DNA of 64,000 bases from Clostridium sp. UBA4548 (GTDB taxonomy: Bacteria; Bacillota; Clostridia; Clostridiales; Clostridiaceae). A program made the position numbers and the translations under genes. Below are positions 43,075 to 54,354 of the stretch, piece after piece. The notes under the pieces were generated by a model. It was given only the letters and a program-made list of their open reading frames with translations, did no database searches and was not told the DNA's origin. Position 1 is the first letter of the stretch. Each line of letters starts with the position of its first letter. The stretch spans positions 21,345 to 85,344 of the forward strand of contig NZ_DGLI01000002.1 in NCBI RefSeq assembly GCF_002387895.1, written 5' to 3'.

Positions 43075-45744
43075 ATGTCAAAACCAACTAACACCATACC
43101 AAATTTAAAAAATAAGGCTTTAAACATAGATTCTACAAGTGTATCATCTTCTGTTCAAAGTTTAAAAGAAGATCTACCAGTTAATATTGAGAATACTGTA
43201 GAGATGAACATTGATAAACTTGTATCAAATGCAAGGCAAGCATATATGGATTTTTTAGCTTATGATCAAGATAAAATAGATTTAATAGTTAAAAAAATGA
43301 CAATCTCTGCTTTAGCTAAGCATAGAGAACTTGCAAAAATGGCAGTAGAAGAAACAGGCATGGGAGTTTATGAGGATAAAATTACCAAGAATATTTTCGC
43401 TTCTGAGTATGTTTACAATAGTATAAAAAAACTAAAAACCGTAGGAATCATAAGTGAGAATGATGAAGAAGATTATATGGAAGTAGCAGAACCAATAGGA
43501 GTAGTTGCAGGAGTCACACCAACTACAAACCCAACTTCTACTACAATTTTCAAATCACTAATTGCTATTAAAACAAAAAATCCAATAATCTTTAGCTTCC
43601 ATCCAAGAGCTCAAAAGTGCAGTGTAGAGGCTGCAAGAATTGTTAGAGATGCAGCAATAAAAGCAGGGGCTCCAGAAAATTGTATTCAATGGATTGAAAC
43701 CCCTTCTATAGAGGCTTCTCAAAAACTAATGTTCCATCCTGGAGTAGATATAATTTTAGCTACCGGGGGCCCTGGAATGGTTAAATCAGCTTACTCTACT
43801 GGAAAACCAGCACTAGGTGTTGGAGCTGGAAACGTACCTTGCTACATTGAAAAAACTGCCAATTTAAAAAGGGCCGTAAATGATCTTGTACTTTCAAAAT
43901 CCTTTGACAACGGAACAATTTGCGCCTCTGAACAAGCAGTTATTATAGATAGAGAAGTGTCTGAACAGGTTATTGACCTCCTTAAAGAACGCAGATGTCA
44001 CTTTTTAAATAAAGAAGAAATGAAAAAACTTCAAAAGATTGCTATAGATGAAAAAAGGCAATCTATGAATGCAGATATAGTTGGTCAAAGTGCTGAAAAA
44101 ATAGCTAAAATGGCTGGCATAGAAGTTCCAGAAGGAACAAAAATTTTGATTTGTGAGCTTGAAGGCATAGGAGAAAAATATCCTTTATCAAGAGAAAAGT
44201 TAAGTCCTATTCTTTCAATGTTTATCGTTGATACTACAGAAGAGGGAATTCATCGTGCCGAGGAAATGATTGACTTTGGCGGTCTTGGACACTCTGCTGT
44301 ACTGCACTCCACTGACAATAGAGTTATGGAAGAGTTTTCAAGAAGAGTTAAGGTTGGAAGAATAATTATCAATTCCCCTTCTTCTCAAGGAGCTATAGGA
44401 GATATTTATAATGCAAATTTACCATCTTTAACTTTAGGTTGCGGAACTATGGGAAGAAACTCAACTACTCAAAACGTAAGTGCACAGAACTTAATTAACA
44501 TTAAAAGAGTAGCAAAAAGGAGAGTTAACATGCAATGGTTTAGAGTACCAGAGAGAATCTACTTTGAACCTGGCTCATTACAATACCTAGAAAAATTGCC
44601 AGGAAAAAAAGCTTTTATAGTTACGGATAAATTTATGGATAAACTTGGTTATGTATCAAGAGTTATGAATCATTTAAAGAAAGCTAACTTTGATGTAAAT
44701 ATATTCTTAGATGTAGAGCCAGACCCCTCTACAGAAACTGTAATGAGAGGAACTGCTCAAATGAGAAGCTTTGAACCGGATGTAATCATTGCCCTTGGTG
44801 GTGGTTCAGCTATGGATGCCGCTAAAGGAATGTGGCTTTTCTATGAAAATCCTGAAGTTGAATTTGATGGCTTAAAATTAAGATTTATGGATATCCGAAA
44901 AAGAGCCTTTAAATTCCCTAAACTAGGTAAAAAAGCTAAAATGGTAGCAATTCCAACTACTTCTGGAACAGGTTCTGAGGTTACGGCCTTTGCAGTTATC
45001 ACAGATAAAGCTAATAGCATAAAATATCCCTTAGCTGATTATGAGCTAACTCCTGATATTGCAATTATAGACCCAGAATTAGTTATGACAGTACCACCTT
45101 CTGTTACTGCGGATACTGGAATGGACGTATTAACTCATGCTATAGAAGCTTATGTTTCAGTAATGGCTTCTGACTATACTGATGCCCTTGCATTAAAAGC
45201 TATTGAGTTAGTGTTTAAATATTTACCAATAGCTTATAGAGAGGGGAACAATGCCCTTGCAAGAGAAAAAATGCACAATGCTTCTTGTATAGCTGGTATG
45301 GCTTTCACTAACGCCTTCCTTGGAGTTAACCACAGTATAGCTCATAAGCTGGGTTCTGAATTCCATATTCCTCACGGAAGAGCAAATGCTATAATGCTAC
45401 CTCACGTGATAAGATATAATGGAAGCAATCCAAGTAAATTAGTATCCTTCCCTAAATATGAGTACTATAAAGCACCTGAAAAATTCCAAGAAATTGCTAA
45501 ACACTTAGACTTAGGACATAGTACTCCTGAAGAAGCTATTAATAACTTAGTGGAAGCTATTAAAGCTTTAATGAAGGAACTTAATGTACCAACTTCACTG
45601 AGCCAATGTGGAGTTTCTAAGGCTCATCTAGACTCTGTACTAATGGAGCTAGCTGATGAAGCCTTTGAAGATCAATGTACTACTGCAAACCCAAGGCTTC
45701 CACTAGTAAGTGAAATTGCAGAATTAATAACTAATGCTTACTAA
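43075..45744 (+). CDS. adhE: Bifunctional acetaldehyde-CoA/alcohol dehydrogenase
   Basis: TPTTNPTST, FDNGTICASE, GGGSAMD, PTTSGTGSE and HIPHG motifs; 889 aa. Confidence 0.97.
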   Translation: MSKPTNTIPNLKNKALNIDSTSVSSSVQSLKEDLPVNIENTVEMNIDKLVSNARQAYMDFLAYDQDKIDLIVKKMTISALAKHRELAKMAVEETGMGVYEDKITKNIFASEYVYNSIKKLKTVGIISENDEEDYMEVAEPIGVVAGVTPTTNPTSTTIFKSLIAIKTKNPIIFSFHPRAQKCSVEAARIVRDAAIKAGAPENCIQWIETPSIEASQKLMFHPGVDIILATGGPGMVKSAYSTGKPALGVGAGNVPCYIEKTANLKRAVNDLVLSKSFDNGTICASEQAVIIDREVSEQVIDLLKERRCHFLNKEEMKKLQKIAIDEKRQSMNADIVGQSAEKIAKMAGIEVPEGTKILICELEGIGEKYPLSREKLSPILSMFIVDTTEEGIHRAEEMIDFGGLGHSAVLHSTDNRVMEEFSRRVKVGRIIINSPSSQGAIGDIYNANLPSLTLGCGTMGRNSTTQNVSAQNLINIKRVAKRRVNMQWFRVPERIYFEPGSLQYLEKLPGKKAFIVTDKFMDKLGYVSRVMNHLKKANFDVNIFLDVEPDPSTETVMRGTAQMRSFEPDVIIALGGGSAMDAAKGMWLFYENPEVEFDGLKLRFMDIRKRAFKFPKLGKKAKMVAIPTTSGTGSEVTAFAVITDKANSIKYPLADYELTPDIAIIDPELVMTVPPSVTADTGMDVLTHAIEAYVSVMASDYTDALALKAIELVFKYLPIAYREGNNALAREKMHNASCIAGMAFTNAFLGVNHSIAHKLGSEFHIPHGRANAIMLPHVIRYNGSNPSKLVSFPKYEYYKAPEKFQEIAKHLDLGHSTPEEAINNLVEAIKALMKELNVPTSLSQCGVSKAHLDSVLMELADEAFEDQCTTANPRLPLVSEIAELITNAY

Positions 45745-45907
45745 TATTCATTAAAGCGTACTAACCGCCGCTGGTATAATTAGCGGTGGTTAATATAAAT
45801 AGCTATAGTTAGTAGCAATAATTCCTACTAACAATTAGCACTAGATCTTATTAATATCACTATTGCATTACTATAAATTACCCCTTATAGTAATTACTAA
45901 GTAAAAT

Positions 45908-45951
45908 TAAAATCCCAGGCTATGAACAGCACACTCATAGCCTGGGATTTT
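45908..45951. terminator. Terminator between adhE and the deacetylase gene
   Basis: AAAATCCCAGGCTATGA/TCATAGCCTGGGATTTT inverted repeat between convergent genes. Confidence 0.8.
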
Positions 45952-46915
45952 ACTTGTGATCTCCTAAAATATATTCAAGTTGTTTTACTGTGGTAGAAGC
46001 ATTAATTCTAACTCTTTTTAGCTTATATATCCCTTGAGAAATATTACTGTACCCTGGTTTTGTTGTAAACCCAACCTTATATCCTAAAGTTTCCGCAGCC
46101 TTTATTGTATCTTCATTAAACTTCCCTACTGGATAACATATTGCTATAGTATTTTTATTTAAAAGTTTGTCTATTTTTAATTTAGATTCTTTTAATTCCT
46201 CTACCTGTTTCTCATAACTTAATCCATTTAACTCTAAGTGGCTCACTGTATGACTTTCTATATCTATATCGTTTCCAGAAAGCTCTTTAATTTCCTGAGA
46301 GTTTATATAGGAATTAGAAGTATCGATAGTGCCTGTAATAACAAAAATAGTTCCCTTAACTTTATACTTTTTCATCACTGGGAATCCATTAGTATAATTA
46401 TCCTTATATCCATCATCAAAAGTTAATAAAATAGACTTTTTGGGCACAGCTTCTCCCTTAGTTATCGCATTATAAAACTCTTCCATGGATAGTGTGTAAA
46501 ACCCATTATCATGAAGCCATTTAATATGTTCCTCAAACCTTTCCTTTGGCACCCTTAGTTCATTTCCTGCCTCATAGTTTATAGAATGATACATTAGCAC
46601 AGGAATAAAATTTTCTTCTTTGTTATTGAAATTTTTCACCTCTACATTATGGTCTTTTTCCCTAAACTTTCTACTTTTCTTCTTTGCTACAATCTCCATA
46701 GTATGTAAGTCGTCTAACTCTGCCCCATAATCCCTACGTTCTTTTATTTGCTCTGCCTCCTTAAGACTCCTGATCAAAATCTTTTTGTTAGTTTCTTCAG
46801 TAACCACAGGAATTTCTCTAACCCTTCCATTATTACTAGTAAGAAAAAAAGTCCACCAGATACCTATAGTTGCAATAATCAGGCTGACTACCACTGGTAA
46901 AATTATCTTTTTCAT
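45950..46915 (-). CDS. Membrane-anchored polysaccharide deacetylase (CE4)
   Basis: PVLMYH, LTFDDGY, SHTVSH and YPVG motifs; N-terminal TM helix. Confidence 0.9.
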   Translation of the reverse strand: MKKIILPVVVSLIIATIGIWWTFFLTSNNGRVREIPVVTEETNKKILIRSLKEAEQIKERRDYGAELDDLHTMEIVAKKKSRKFREKDHNVEVKNFNNKEENFIPVLMYHSINYEAGNELRVPKERFEEHIKWLHDNGFYTLSMEEFYNAITKGEAVPKKSILLTFDDGYKDNYTNGFPVMKKYKVKGTIFVITGTIDTSNSYINSQEIKELSGNDIDIESHTVSHLELNGLSYEKQVEELKESKLKIDKLLNKNTIAICYPVGKFNEDTIKAAETLGYKVGFTTKPGYSNISQGIYKLKRVRINASTTVKQLEYILGDHK

Positions 46916-47101
46916 TTTCCCCCTCCATACTTTCTTAAGCTTTTCCATCATAAACACGATTCTCATGTCCCTAGGAAAGTTTAGCTTAAGTATCCCCCAA
47001 TTTCATCTATATTATAACAAAATATCCCATAAATTTCACCATATATTGCGTTTCTATAGATGAAATTTTCTTAATAAAACCTGTTAAAGGTATATTTTAT
47101 T

Positions 47102-47141
47102 ATAATAAAGCTACGCAAAAAATTTTTGCGTAGCTTTATTA
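47102..47141 (-). terminator. Terminator after the CotS-family gene
   Basis: ATAATAAAGCTACGCAAAAA/TTTTTGCGTAGCTTTATTAT inverted repeat. Confidence 0.7.
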
Positions 47142-47253
47142 TCCTAACCACCTTGTGGAAGGATAAGTCTTCAATAAGTTTTTAATTATATAGAAGCTTT
47201 CCTTCCAAAGTCGTGGAAGAAAATCAACGTGCTTATTATAAAAAACAAAAAAA

Positions 47254-48258
47254 TTATTCCACCTTATATGTGTTCTTAAAATCCTCAATAAATTTTTCGA
47301 ATTTATCCTTTTCAGAAATTAACTCCTCCATTTTCTTGTTGAAGGTACCTTGTACCCAGTTAACCTCATTATAATAGTACCTATTGCAAAGTCTCCAATA
47401 ACGCTGAGGAAAAACTAAAAATCCATAAACAACCTTATATTCATCTTCCCTTAAAGGCGAAACGCTATTATATCCATCAAGAATAATCTCAGCGAACTTA
47501 ATATCCCAATTTTGACGCTTTAATACCTTAATCATAAAATTGGCTATGTCGTAGGCTCTCACTTCTCTTTTACAATAATCAAAATCTATTACATTTACAT
47601 TATTTTCATTGTCTATGATTATGTTATGGTAAGTAAAATCATGATGGCAAAAACTCTTCTCCTCTTCAGTAATTCTGCATATTTCAAAGTAATTTGAACT
47701 ATTAAGGATTTGTAGTGCTTTTTTGCTTTGTTCTTTGTAATAATCTACTGACTTTAAATAGCTAATATCAAAATCTGCTTTATGATTTTTCTTCTTTCTT
47801 ACCATTTCTTTCATCTTATCAAAGGATTTGATTCTCTTTTCCATAAGATGTGGCCATCTTCCTAAGTCAGATTTTAACTTACTATTCTCTGGCGGCTCAT
47901 ACCCCTTCGAAGCAATGTGAAGCTTTGCAAGACATTGTGCTGCGATTTTCAAGTCTTCTTCATTATAAAAGTCACATTCTCTTCCCTCAATCCATTGAGA
48001 TAAGGTGTAAATATCCTCATTAACCACTGCATATGGATTTCCTTCCGTATTTAAAAAGTATCTATCTATATTTGGAAACCCATTTTTATAAAGATGCTCT
48101 TTTGCACCATAAACAAATAATAACTTTTGAGTTCCATAGCTTATTTTCTTTAAGCACTTAACGCCATCGTTTGTCTTTAAATGATATACGCCTTTATTAG
48201 GCTTGATGCTCTCAATTTTTATATCGAATTGGCGTTCAATCTCAAATTCTCTCATCAT
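47254..48258 (-). CDS. CotS-family spore coat protein (kinase-like fold)
   Basis: WIEGREC, CHHDFTYHN and IDFDY motifs. Confidence 0.9.
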   Translation of the reverse strand: MMREFEIERQFDIKIESIKPNKGVYHLKTNDGVKCLKKISYGTQKLLFVYGAKEHLYKNGFPNIDRYFLNTEGNPYAVVNEDIYTLSQWIEGRECDFYNEEDLKIAAQCLAKLHIASKGYEPPENSKLKSDLGRWPHLMEKRIKSFDKMKEMVRKKKNHKADFDISYLKSVDYYKEQSKKALQILNSSNYFEICRITEEEKSFCHHDFTYHNIIIDNENNVNVIDFDYCKREVRAYDIANFMIKVLKRQNWDIKFAEIILDGYNSVSPLREDEYKVVYGFLVFPQRYWRLCNRYYYNEVNWVQGTFNKKMEELISEKDKFEKFIEDFKNTYKVE

Positions 48259-48390
48259 AGTAACACCCCCTCTATAATTTATATGTGTATTTAACTTTTT
48301 TTAGAATAAGAGTTAACATATTTTAATGTGTTGTAATAATATACATTAATATAATGGTTATTTTATTTATTAAGTTTAAGGAGTAGTGAT

Positions 48391-49521
48391 ATGAAAATTG
48401 GTATAGATTCACGAGCTGCTAAATGGTATAGGGGCACAGGTATAGGAACATATACTTATCAGCTTATTAATTCACTAAATAAAATAGATAAGCTAAATGA
48501 TTATTTACTTTTCACCCCTGAAGGCTATAGCAGTGATATTAAATTTAATAGAAACTTCAATATTAAATCCATTGCAGATACCATGGCCTCAAACTTTTGG
48601 GATGATGTAAATATCCCTAATGAACTATATGATAAAAATATAAATTTATACCATGTACCTCAAAATGGTGTTGGTCTTCCAATAGAAAAAAATCACCCTT
48701 TTGTTATTACCCTTCATGATACAATTCCTATTCACATGCCCGAAACAGTGGGAGACAGGTACTTAAACATCTTCCAAAAGGATATGGCGGGTATAGTTAG
48801 TCGTTGTGATGGAATCATTACAGTTTCTGAGTTTTCTAAAGAAGATATCTCACGGGACTTTAATTATCCAAAGGAAAAAATTTTCGTAACTCACCTAGCC
48901 AGTGAAGATATCTACAAACCCATAGATAGAGCTTTTTGCAAAGAAGTGCTGAAAAAACATTATGGACTAACCTCCAACTACATACTATATGTAGGAGGTT
49001 TTAGTCCTCGAAAAAACATTGTAGGGCTTATTGAAGCTTTTAGCAGAATTATAAATGTAATTCCAAAGGATACAAATTTAGTTATTGCAGGAAATAAGGG
49101 CAAATCCTACTCCATATATAAAGCCTGTGCTGAGAGATTAAAAATAGAAGATAGAGTTATTTTCCCAGGTTTTATATCCATGGAACATATGCCCCACTTA
49201 TATAATAACGCTTCCCTATTTGTGTATCCTTCCTTTTATGAAGGTTTTGGACTTCCTCCTATAGAAGCTATGGCTTGTGGTATTCCTGTAATTACCTCTA
49301 ATGTAACTTCTATCCCTGAAGTAGTTGGTGATGCCGCTTTGCTATTTAACCCAAAGGAGACAGAAGTTCTTAGCGAAAAAATTTGTGAAGCCCTGATGAA
49401 TGAACACCTAAGAATTAATTTAATTGTAAAGGGTTTTAAAAAAGCAAGAGCCTTAAGTTGGGACAAAACTGCTATTGAAACTCTTAAAGCCTATGAAGCT
49501 ATAATTAAAGCAACTTCTTAA
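48391..49521 (+). CDS. GT4 glycosyltransferase (spore coat associated)
   Basis: TGIGTYT, RKN and [12 protein letters not shown] motifs. Confidence 0.92.
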   Translation: MKIGIDSRAAKWYRGTGIGTYTYQLINSLNKIDKLNDYLLFTPEGYSSDIKFNRNFNIKSIADTMASNFWDDVNIPNELYDKNINLYHVPQNGVGLPIEKNHPFVITLHDTIPIHMPETVGDRYLNIFQKDMAGIVSRCDGIITVSEFSKEDISRDFNYPKEKIFVTHLASEDIYKPIDRAFCKEVLKKHYGLTSNYILYVGGFSPRKNIVGLIEAFSRIINVIPKDTNLVIAGNKGKSYSIYKACAERLKIEDRVIFPGFISMEHMPHLYNNASLFVYPSFYEGFGLPPIEAMACGIPVITSNVTSIPEVVGDAALLFNPKETEVLSEKICEALMNEHLRINLIVKGFKKARALSWDKTAIETLKAYEAIIKATS

Positions 49522-49537
49522 AATTTATAGGACGAAA

Positions 49538-49574
49538 CAAACCCTTAGTAATTTTAAAGTTACTAAGGGTTTTT
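49538..49574. terminator. Bidirectional terminator
   Basis: AAACCCTTAGTAA/TTACTAAGGGTTT inverted repeat between convergent genes. Confidence 0.8.
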
Positions 49575-49674
49575 CTTTTTATTATAAATGATTTTACATC
49601 TTATTATTTTCTATTCTCATGTGAATTAGCTTTTATGAATATTTGGGCAATGTGCTGTTCCCACTTTCTTCAGG

Positions 49675-50706
49675 TTATAAGTTGTAATGTTCTTTAAAAC
49701 TCTCTAACATATCCTCTTTTTCCTTGAGATACTCAGTCTTATTTCTTAGTTTATAGATAAAGCTCTCTTCACTCCAAAGTTTTCTCTTTAAATAGTAATC
49801 TTTTATTAAATTACAAAAACCCTCTGGAATCCATAGCATTCCATATAAAACCTTAAGTTCTCTAGCATCAACAGGAAAAGTCCCCTTATATTCCTCTATA
49901 ATTTCTATTACTTTCTCTAAATCATAGGCAAATCCCTTAGTTACCTTATTAATAATACTACAAAGATCACTAACTCTTAAATCAATCACTGCATAATCAA
50001 AGTCTATAAAATATGCCTTTTCATTATCAATTAATATATTATGATAAGCTAAATCTTGGTGACAAACAGCAATGTTATTCTCTTCCTTACAAAGACTATC
50101 ATATTCTGATTTCTTTAGAATACTTATACCTCTTGCCATGTGGCTTATGAATTTATCTAAACTATTTAAAAAGAGTTCATCAAACTCATTCTTATTTTCA
50201 TAGGTGGAAACTAGCTTTTTAAAATAATTAAGTTCTCCCAATTTTTTTTCATATTCTTCTATAGCTTTTTCAAGATTAGAGTACTTACTCCACTTTTCAA
50301 CTTTAAACCCTTTAGAGCTTAAATGCATTTTAGCCAAAGTCTTTACAGCTATAGACACTTCTAAGGGGTTATTGTATTCACATTCTCTTCCATTGATTAA
50401 ATCCATAACCACATAGGTACTATCTCTCCACTGAGTATATATGTCACCATTTTTATTTTTTTCAAAGTTAATGCCTTGGTTAAAGCCATTATCCTTCATA
50501 TATTTTATTGCAGTGTTTATAAATTCTAATCTTTCTATGGTATAATCTAATTTCTTTAATATTTTATTACCCTTATTAGTTACTAAAATATATACCTTTC
50601 TAACAGGAATTACATCATCAACAGTAAAATTATAATTATTTAGTAGCTTCACGTCTAAATGATATCTACTTAAAAATTCTCTATCCTTAAATTTTGATTC
50701 TAACAT
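49675..50706 (-). CDS. CotS-family spore coat protein
   Basis: INGREC, CHQDLAYHN and IDFDY motifs. Confidence 0.88.
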   Translation of the reverse strand: MLESKFKDREFLSRYHLDVKLLNNYNFTVDDVIPVRKVYILVTNKGNKILKKLDYTIERLEFINTAIKYMKDNGFNQGINFEKNKNGDIYTQWRDSTYVVMDLINGRECEYNNPLEVSIAVKTLAKMHLSSKGFKVEKWSKYSNLEKAIEEYEKKLGELNYFKKLVSTYENKNEFDELFLNSLDKFISHMARGISILKKSEYDSLCKEENNIAVCHQDLAYHNILIDNEKAYFIDFDYAVIDLRVSDLCSIINKVTKGFAYDLEKVIEIIEEYKGTFPVDARELKVLYGMLWIPEGFCNLIKDYYLKRKLWSEESFIYKLRNKTEYLKEKEDMLESFKEHYNL

Positions 50707-51482
50707 TTCTTCACCTCATTTATGAAAGAAATACCATCTTCTCTTATGGCCTCAATAAACCTTTTCACATATTCCCCTTCTGTCCAGGATTTTTTATTTC
50801 TTCTATACTTTTCATAAATTTTCATAAACTCATGGGGATAAGATAAAAGGGATAAAATAAAAATCTTGCTATCTTCACCTAAGCCTTGCAGACTGCAGAA
50901 CTTATCTACGCACCTACTATAATCTATAACAAAGCCCCTTTTCTTTAATTTATAAAGCAAATAATAGGCATCCATTTCCACTAAGTTGTAAGCTACATCT
51001 TCAAAGTTTACAATTTCTAAGGTTTGATTTTTAACTAAGTTATCAAAATCTACATCCGTAAGGCAAACTTCAATGTTTTTCATACTTCTTGAAATTAAGT
51101 CCATATAATTATTTTCTCCTATGCAATCAAGACACTGGACTGCTCTATTTAGCTGAACTTTACCTTCTTCTTGTAGAAACTTTTCCACCTCTCCTTTAGC
51201 CCCTTGATCCTCAATTTTATCTAAGTGTTTCCTTAATCTTTTAACTTGAACCTTATACTCTTCCACTAACTTACAGGTATCATTATTAATTCTTCTTTTT
51301 AAATATCCATTAAACCCACAAGACATATTATGAAACTCAGTAATAAGTTGTAACTGTGAAAGTACTCTTTCTTCTAACAATCTTCTACTTAGAGCTTCAT
51401 TATTTTTCAATATAAAATCAACTTTCCTTACCCCTTGCTCCTTAGCATAGTCTTGAAAGCTGTCATAAAAAAATCTTCTCAT
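50700..51482 (-). CDS. Spore coat-associated protein, degenerate CotS-like
   Basis: Kinase-like remnants (EFHN, SYPHEF); overlaps the neighbouring CotS gene within the operon. Confidence 0.65.
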   Translation of the reverse strand: MRRFFYDSFQDYAKEQGVRKVDFILKNNEALSRRLLEERVLSQLQLITEFHNMSCGFNGYLKRRINNDTCKLVEEYKVQVKRLRKHLDKIEDQGAKGEVEKFLQEEGKVQLNRAVQCLDCIGENNYMDLISRSMKNIEVCLTDVDFDNLVKNQTLEIVNFEDVAYNLVEMDAYYLLYKLKKRGFVIDYSRCVDKFCSLQGLGEDSKIFILSLLSYPHEFMKIYEKYRRNKKSWTEGEYVKRFIEAIREDGISFINEVKKC

Positions 51483-51492
51483 AACACCACCT

Positions 51493-51723
51493 CTACTTAT
51501 GTTTACTTTTTTCTCTTTTTTTCATTTTCTTTAAAATTAAAGATTGTTCTTCTTCCAATTCCTTAAGCTTTTTTTGTCTTCTTTTAATTTTTTTAAGAAG
51601 TTTAATTTGCTCCTTCATACCTTCTAACTTCTTGTCATAGTCTTCTACAGATAAAGAACTCTCCTCACGGCTTCTTTCTACTTGCTCTTCATAAAATTCG
51701 TTTTCTCTTTCTCTTTTTGACAT
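51493..51723 (-). CDS. Small Lys/Glu-rich coiled-coil protein in the coat operon
   Basis: Strong RBS GGAGGGG; tightly packed between co-oriented coat genes. Confidence 0.65.
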   Translation of the reverse strand: MSKRERENEFYEEQVERSREESSLSVEDYDKKLEGMKEQIKLLKKIKRRQKKLKELEEEQSLILKKMKKREKSKHK

Positions 51724-51748
51724 AATACACACCCCTCCTTAACCTATT

Positions 51749-52753
51749 TTATAATTTGATTTCTCTAAAACTTTCTATAAACTCCTGTCTTTCTTCTCTA
51801 TCCTCATTATAAAATCTAAGCTTTTTCATGAAAAACTCTTCTCCCCAAGGTTTTTCCTCCCAATAATACTGAATTCCCCTTTGCCAGTAATCCTGTGGAA
51901 ACTCCATAAAGGCTGCCATAATAGGAATATCCTCATTACTGATGCTATGAATATTTCCATAAGCTTCAAGAATTTCTCTTGCACTGTGAATACTCCATTT
52001 ATTATATTTCATTCGCCTAATGAGAAGGCTGCTCAAATCGTGAAGATGAGAGTCTAATATACAATAATCAAAATCAATTATGTTTACCTTTCCATCTCCA
52101 CCTATCATCACGTTATGATGAGCATAGTCATGGTGACAAAACCCATTCTTCACCATTTCTTTTTTCATTTTTTCAACATAATTGCTTTGGGACAAATGAA
52201 GTATGCTTCTATCACATCTTTTAAGTTCCTCTTCCATAAAGCTTAGATAAAATAAATCAAACTGAGATTTAACCTCCTTTTTATCTATTCTCCTTTTAAA
52301 ATCTAAAATTTCATCCTTGCGGGTCTTATAAGTTTCTATCCATTTAAGCCACCCCACCCTAGGTCTCATATTAGATTGAACCTTAAATCCTTCACTTTTA
52401 TTGTGAAGATCTGCAAGCTTCTTAGCAGCAATAATTACATCAAGAGGATTATCATAATTACTCTCCCTAGCATTTACCCAAGGAGTTAGATAAGCAAAAT
52501 TCTCCTCTAGCTTTATATAATCTAAGTCCTGAATAGTTTTAATGATTTCCGGAATATACTCGAAGCCGTTATTTTGAAGATGCTTAATTGCACCCACTAT
52601 AAATAAAAAATGCTCAAATTCATACTTAATGATTTTTAAGCAGTAGATATTGTCCTCTGTATCAATTCTATAAACATTTTTTATCTTTTCTGCACGGCTA
52701 GGGGTAAAACCATATTCTTTCTCTATAAGGTCTTTAATTTTTTCTACCTCCAA
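51749..52753 (-). CDS. CotS-family spore coat protein
   Basis: WVNARES, CHHDYAHHN, IDFDY and FPQDYW motifs; SigK-like CACA-16 bp-CATATATT upstream. Confidence 0.9.
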   Translation of the reverse strand: MEVEKIKDLIEKEYGFTPSRAEKIKNVYRIDTEDNIYCLKIIKYEFEHFLFIVGAIKHLQNNGFEYIPEIIKTIQDLDYIKLEENFAYLTPWVNARESNYDNPLDVIIAAKKLADLHNKSEGFKVQSNMRPRVGWLKWIETYKTRKDEILDFKRRIDKKEVKSQFDLFYLSFMEEELKRCDRSILHLSQSNYVEKMKKEMVKNGFCHHDYAHHNVMIGGDGKVNIIDFDYCILDSHLHDLSSLLIRRMKYNKWSIHSAREILEAYGNIHSISNEDIPIMAAFMEFPQDYWQRGIQYYWEEKPWGEEFFMKKLRFYNEDREERQEFIESFREIKL

Positions 52754-52888
52754 GTAAAGCCCTCCAAATAGTGTTCTATATGTAATATATGAAACCTTAA
52801 TATAATGTGTGTTTAATTTTGAACTACTTGTAACACATATTTCCCCTTTGACTAATATATAATATATACTTTTTTAAGGAGTGATTTC

Positions 52889-54022
52889 ATGAGAATTGCA
52901 ATTGATGCTAGAGGTATCAATTGGTATAGCGGTACTGGTATAGGCACCTATACTGAGAATGTTCTTAAGAATTTACTTAACATAGATAAAGAAAACTTTT
53001 ATCAACTATATTGGTCTGGAGAAAAATATGAACAGTTCGAAAAGCCAAATTCCAATATAGTAATGTGCTCTAAAAAGCACCAAAGATTCTTTCAAGAACA
53101 TTTCTTCCCAATAAACTTACAAGGTGAAAACATAGACTTGTACCATATACCTCAAAACGGAATTGGCTTAAACCCAGACATAAACTGTAAAAAATTGTGT
53201 ACCATTCATGATTTAATTCCCTATATAATGCCCGAAACAGTTGGCCGTGGTTATCTTTTAAAGTTTCTAAGGGAAATGCCTATAGTAATTAATGAATCCA
53301 CTGGCATACTTACGGTTTCTGAATACTCAAAAAAAGATATTCTAAAATTCTTCCCTATAGATGAGAGTAAAATTTATGTAACTCCTCTAGCTGCAGATAG
53401 TAAATACACTCCTCTTGATAAGGAAAAATGCAAAAGGATAATCAAGGAAAAGTATGGCATAGACAAACCTTTCTTACTCTATCTTGGAGGCTTTAGTGAA
53501 AGAAAAAATGTACGTTCTTTAATAACTTCTTTTGCTAAAGTAATGAACCATTCAAATAAGGAATATAATTTAGTAATCGTAGGTTCTTATAGGGATTCCT
53601 CTCAGGAATTAGTCAAGTTAAAGGATTCACTAAACATGAGCGACTATATAAAGTTCACAGGCTTTGCTCCTGATGAAGATCTACCAATTTACTATAATGC
53701 CTGTGAAGCCTTTGTTTATCCGTCTTTCTATGAAGGCTTTGGGCTTCCCCCTTTAGAAGCAATGAATTGCGGCACTCCTGTAATAACTACCAATGTAACC
53801 TCCATCCCAGAAGTGGTTGGAGATGGCGGAATACTAATTAACCCTTATAGTGACAAGGATCTTCAAAGTGCCATGGAATTAATTTTAAGCAGCGAAACCC
53901 TTAGGAAAGAATATAGCAGACTTGGACTTCAAAGAGCTAAGTTATTCTCTTGGGAGATAACTGCTAAAAATACCCTTGAAGCTTATAAAGATGTGTATAA
54001 TAAGGTGCTAGAAAATACTTAA
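52889..54022 (+). CDS. GT4 glycosyltransferase (paralog of 48391-49521)
   Basis: TGIGTYT, YHIPQNG and [12 protein letters not shown] motifs. Confidence 0.92.
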   Translation: MRIAIDARGINWYSGTGIGTYTENVLKNLLNIDKENFYQLYWSGEKYEQFEKPNSNIVMCSKKHQRFFQEHFFPINLQGENIDLYHIPQNGIGLNPDINCKKLCTIHDLIPYIMPETVGRGYLLKFLREMPIVINESTGILTVSEYSKKDILKFFPIDESKIYVTPLAADSKYTPLDKEKCKRIIKEKYGIDKPFLLYLGGFSERKNVRSLITSFAKVMNHSNKEYNLVIVGSYRDSSQELVKLKDSLNMSDYIKFTGFAPDEDLPIYYNACEAFVYPSFYEGFGLPPLEAMNCGTPVITTNVTSIPEVVGDGGILINPYSDKDLQSAMELILSSETLRKEYSRLGLQRAKLFSWEITAKNTLEAYKDVYNKVLENT

Positions 54023-54354
54023 ACTTATGGGCAGGTATATGCTCTGTTGTTTTAACGGAGTTAGCTTTTTTATGAAGTTTAAGAGGTTCTTCATGTTTGA
54101 TACAAAGGCCTTGGCTATGTTTCTATGTTCATAAACCCCTTATCACTAATTTTTGCTTTATGAAAAATTATTTGTTATGTATAGTAAAAAACTTAGGTTC
54201 TCACCTAAGTTTTTCTAATTCTTTTATTTATTTGGCCTCTATCTCCAAGATTAATTACTATATTTATCAATTGCCTTCATAGTTTTAATAGATAATTAAT
54301 AATCTTCATAAATATCTTACAACCAAAGTGTTTCTATAACGTTTAAGGTTCTAT

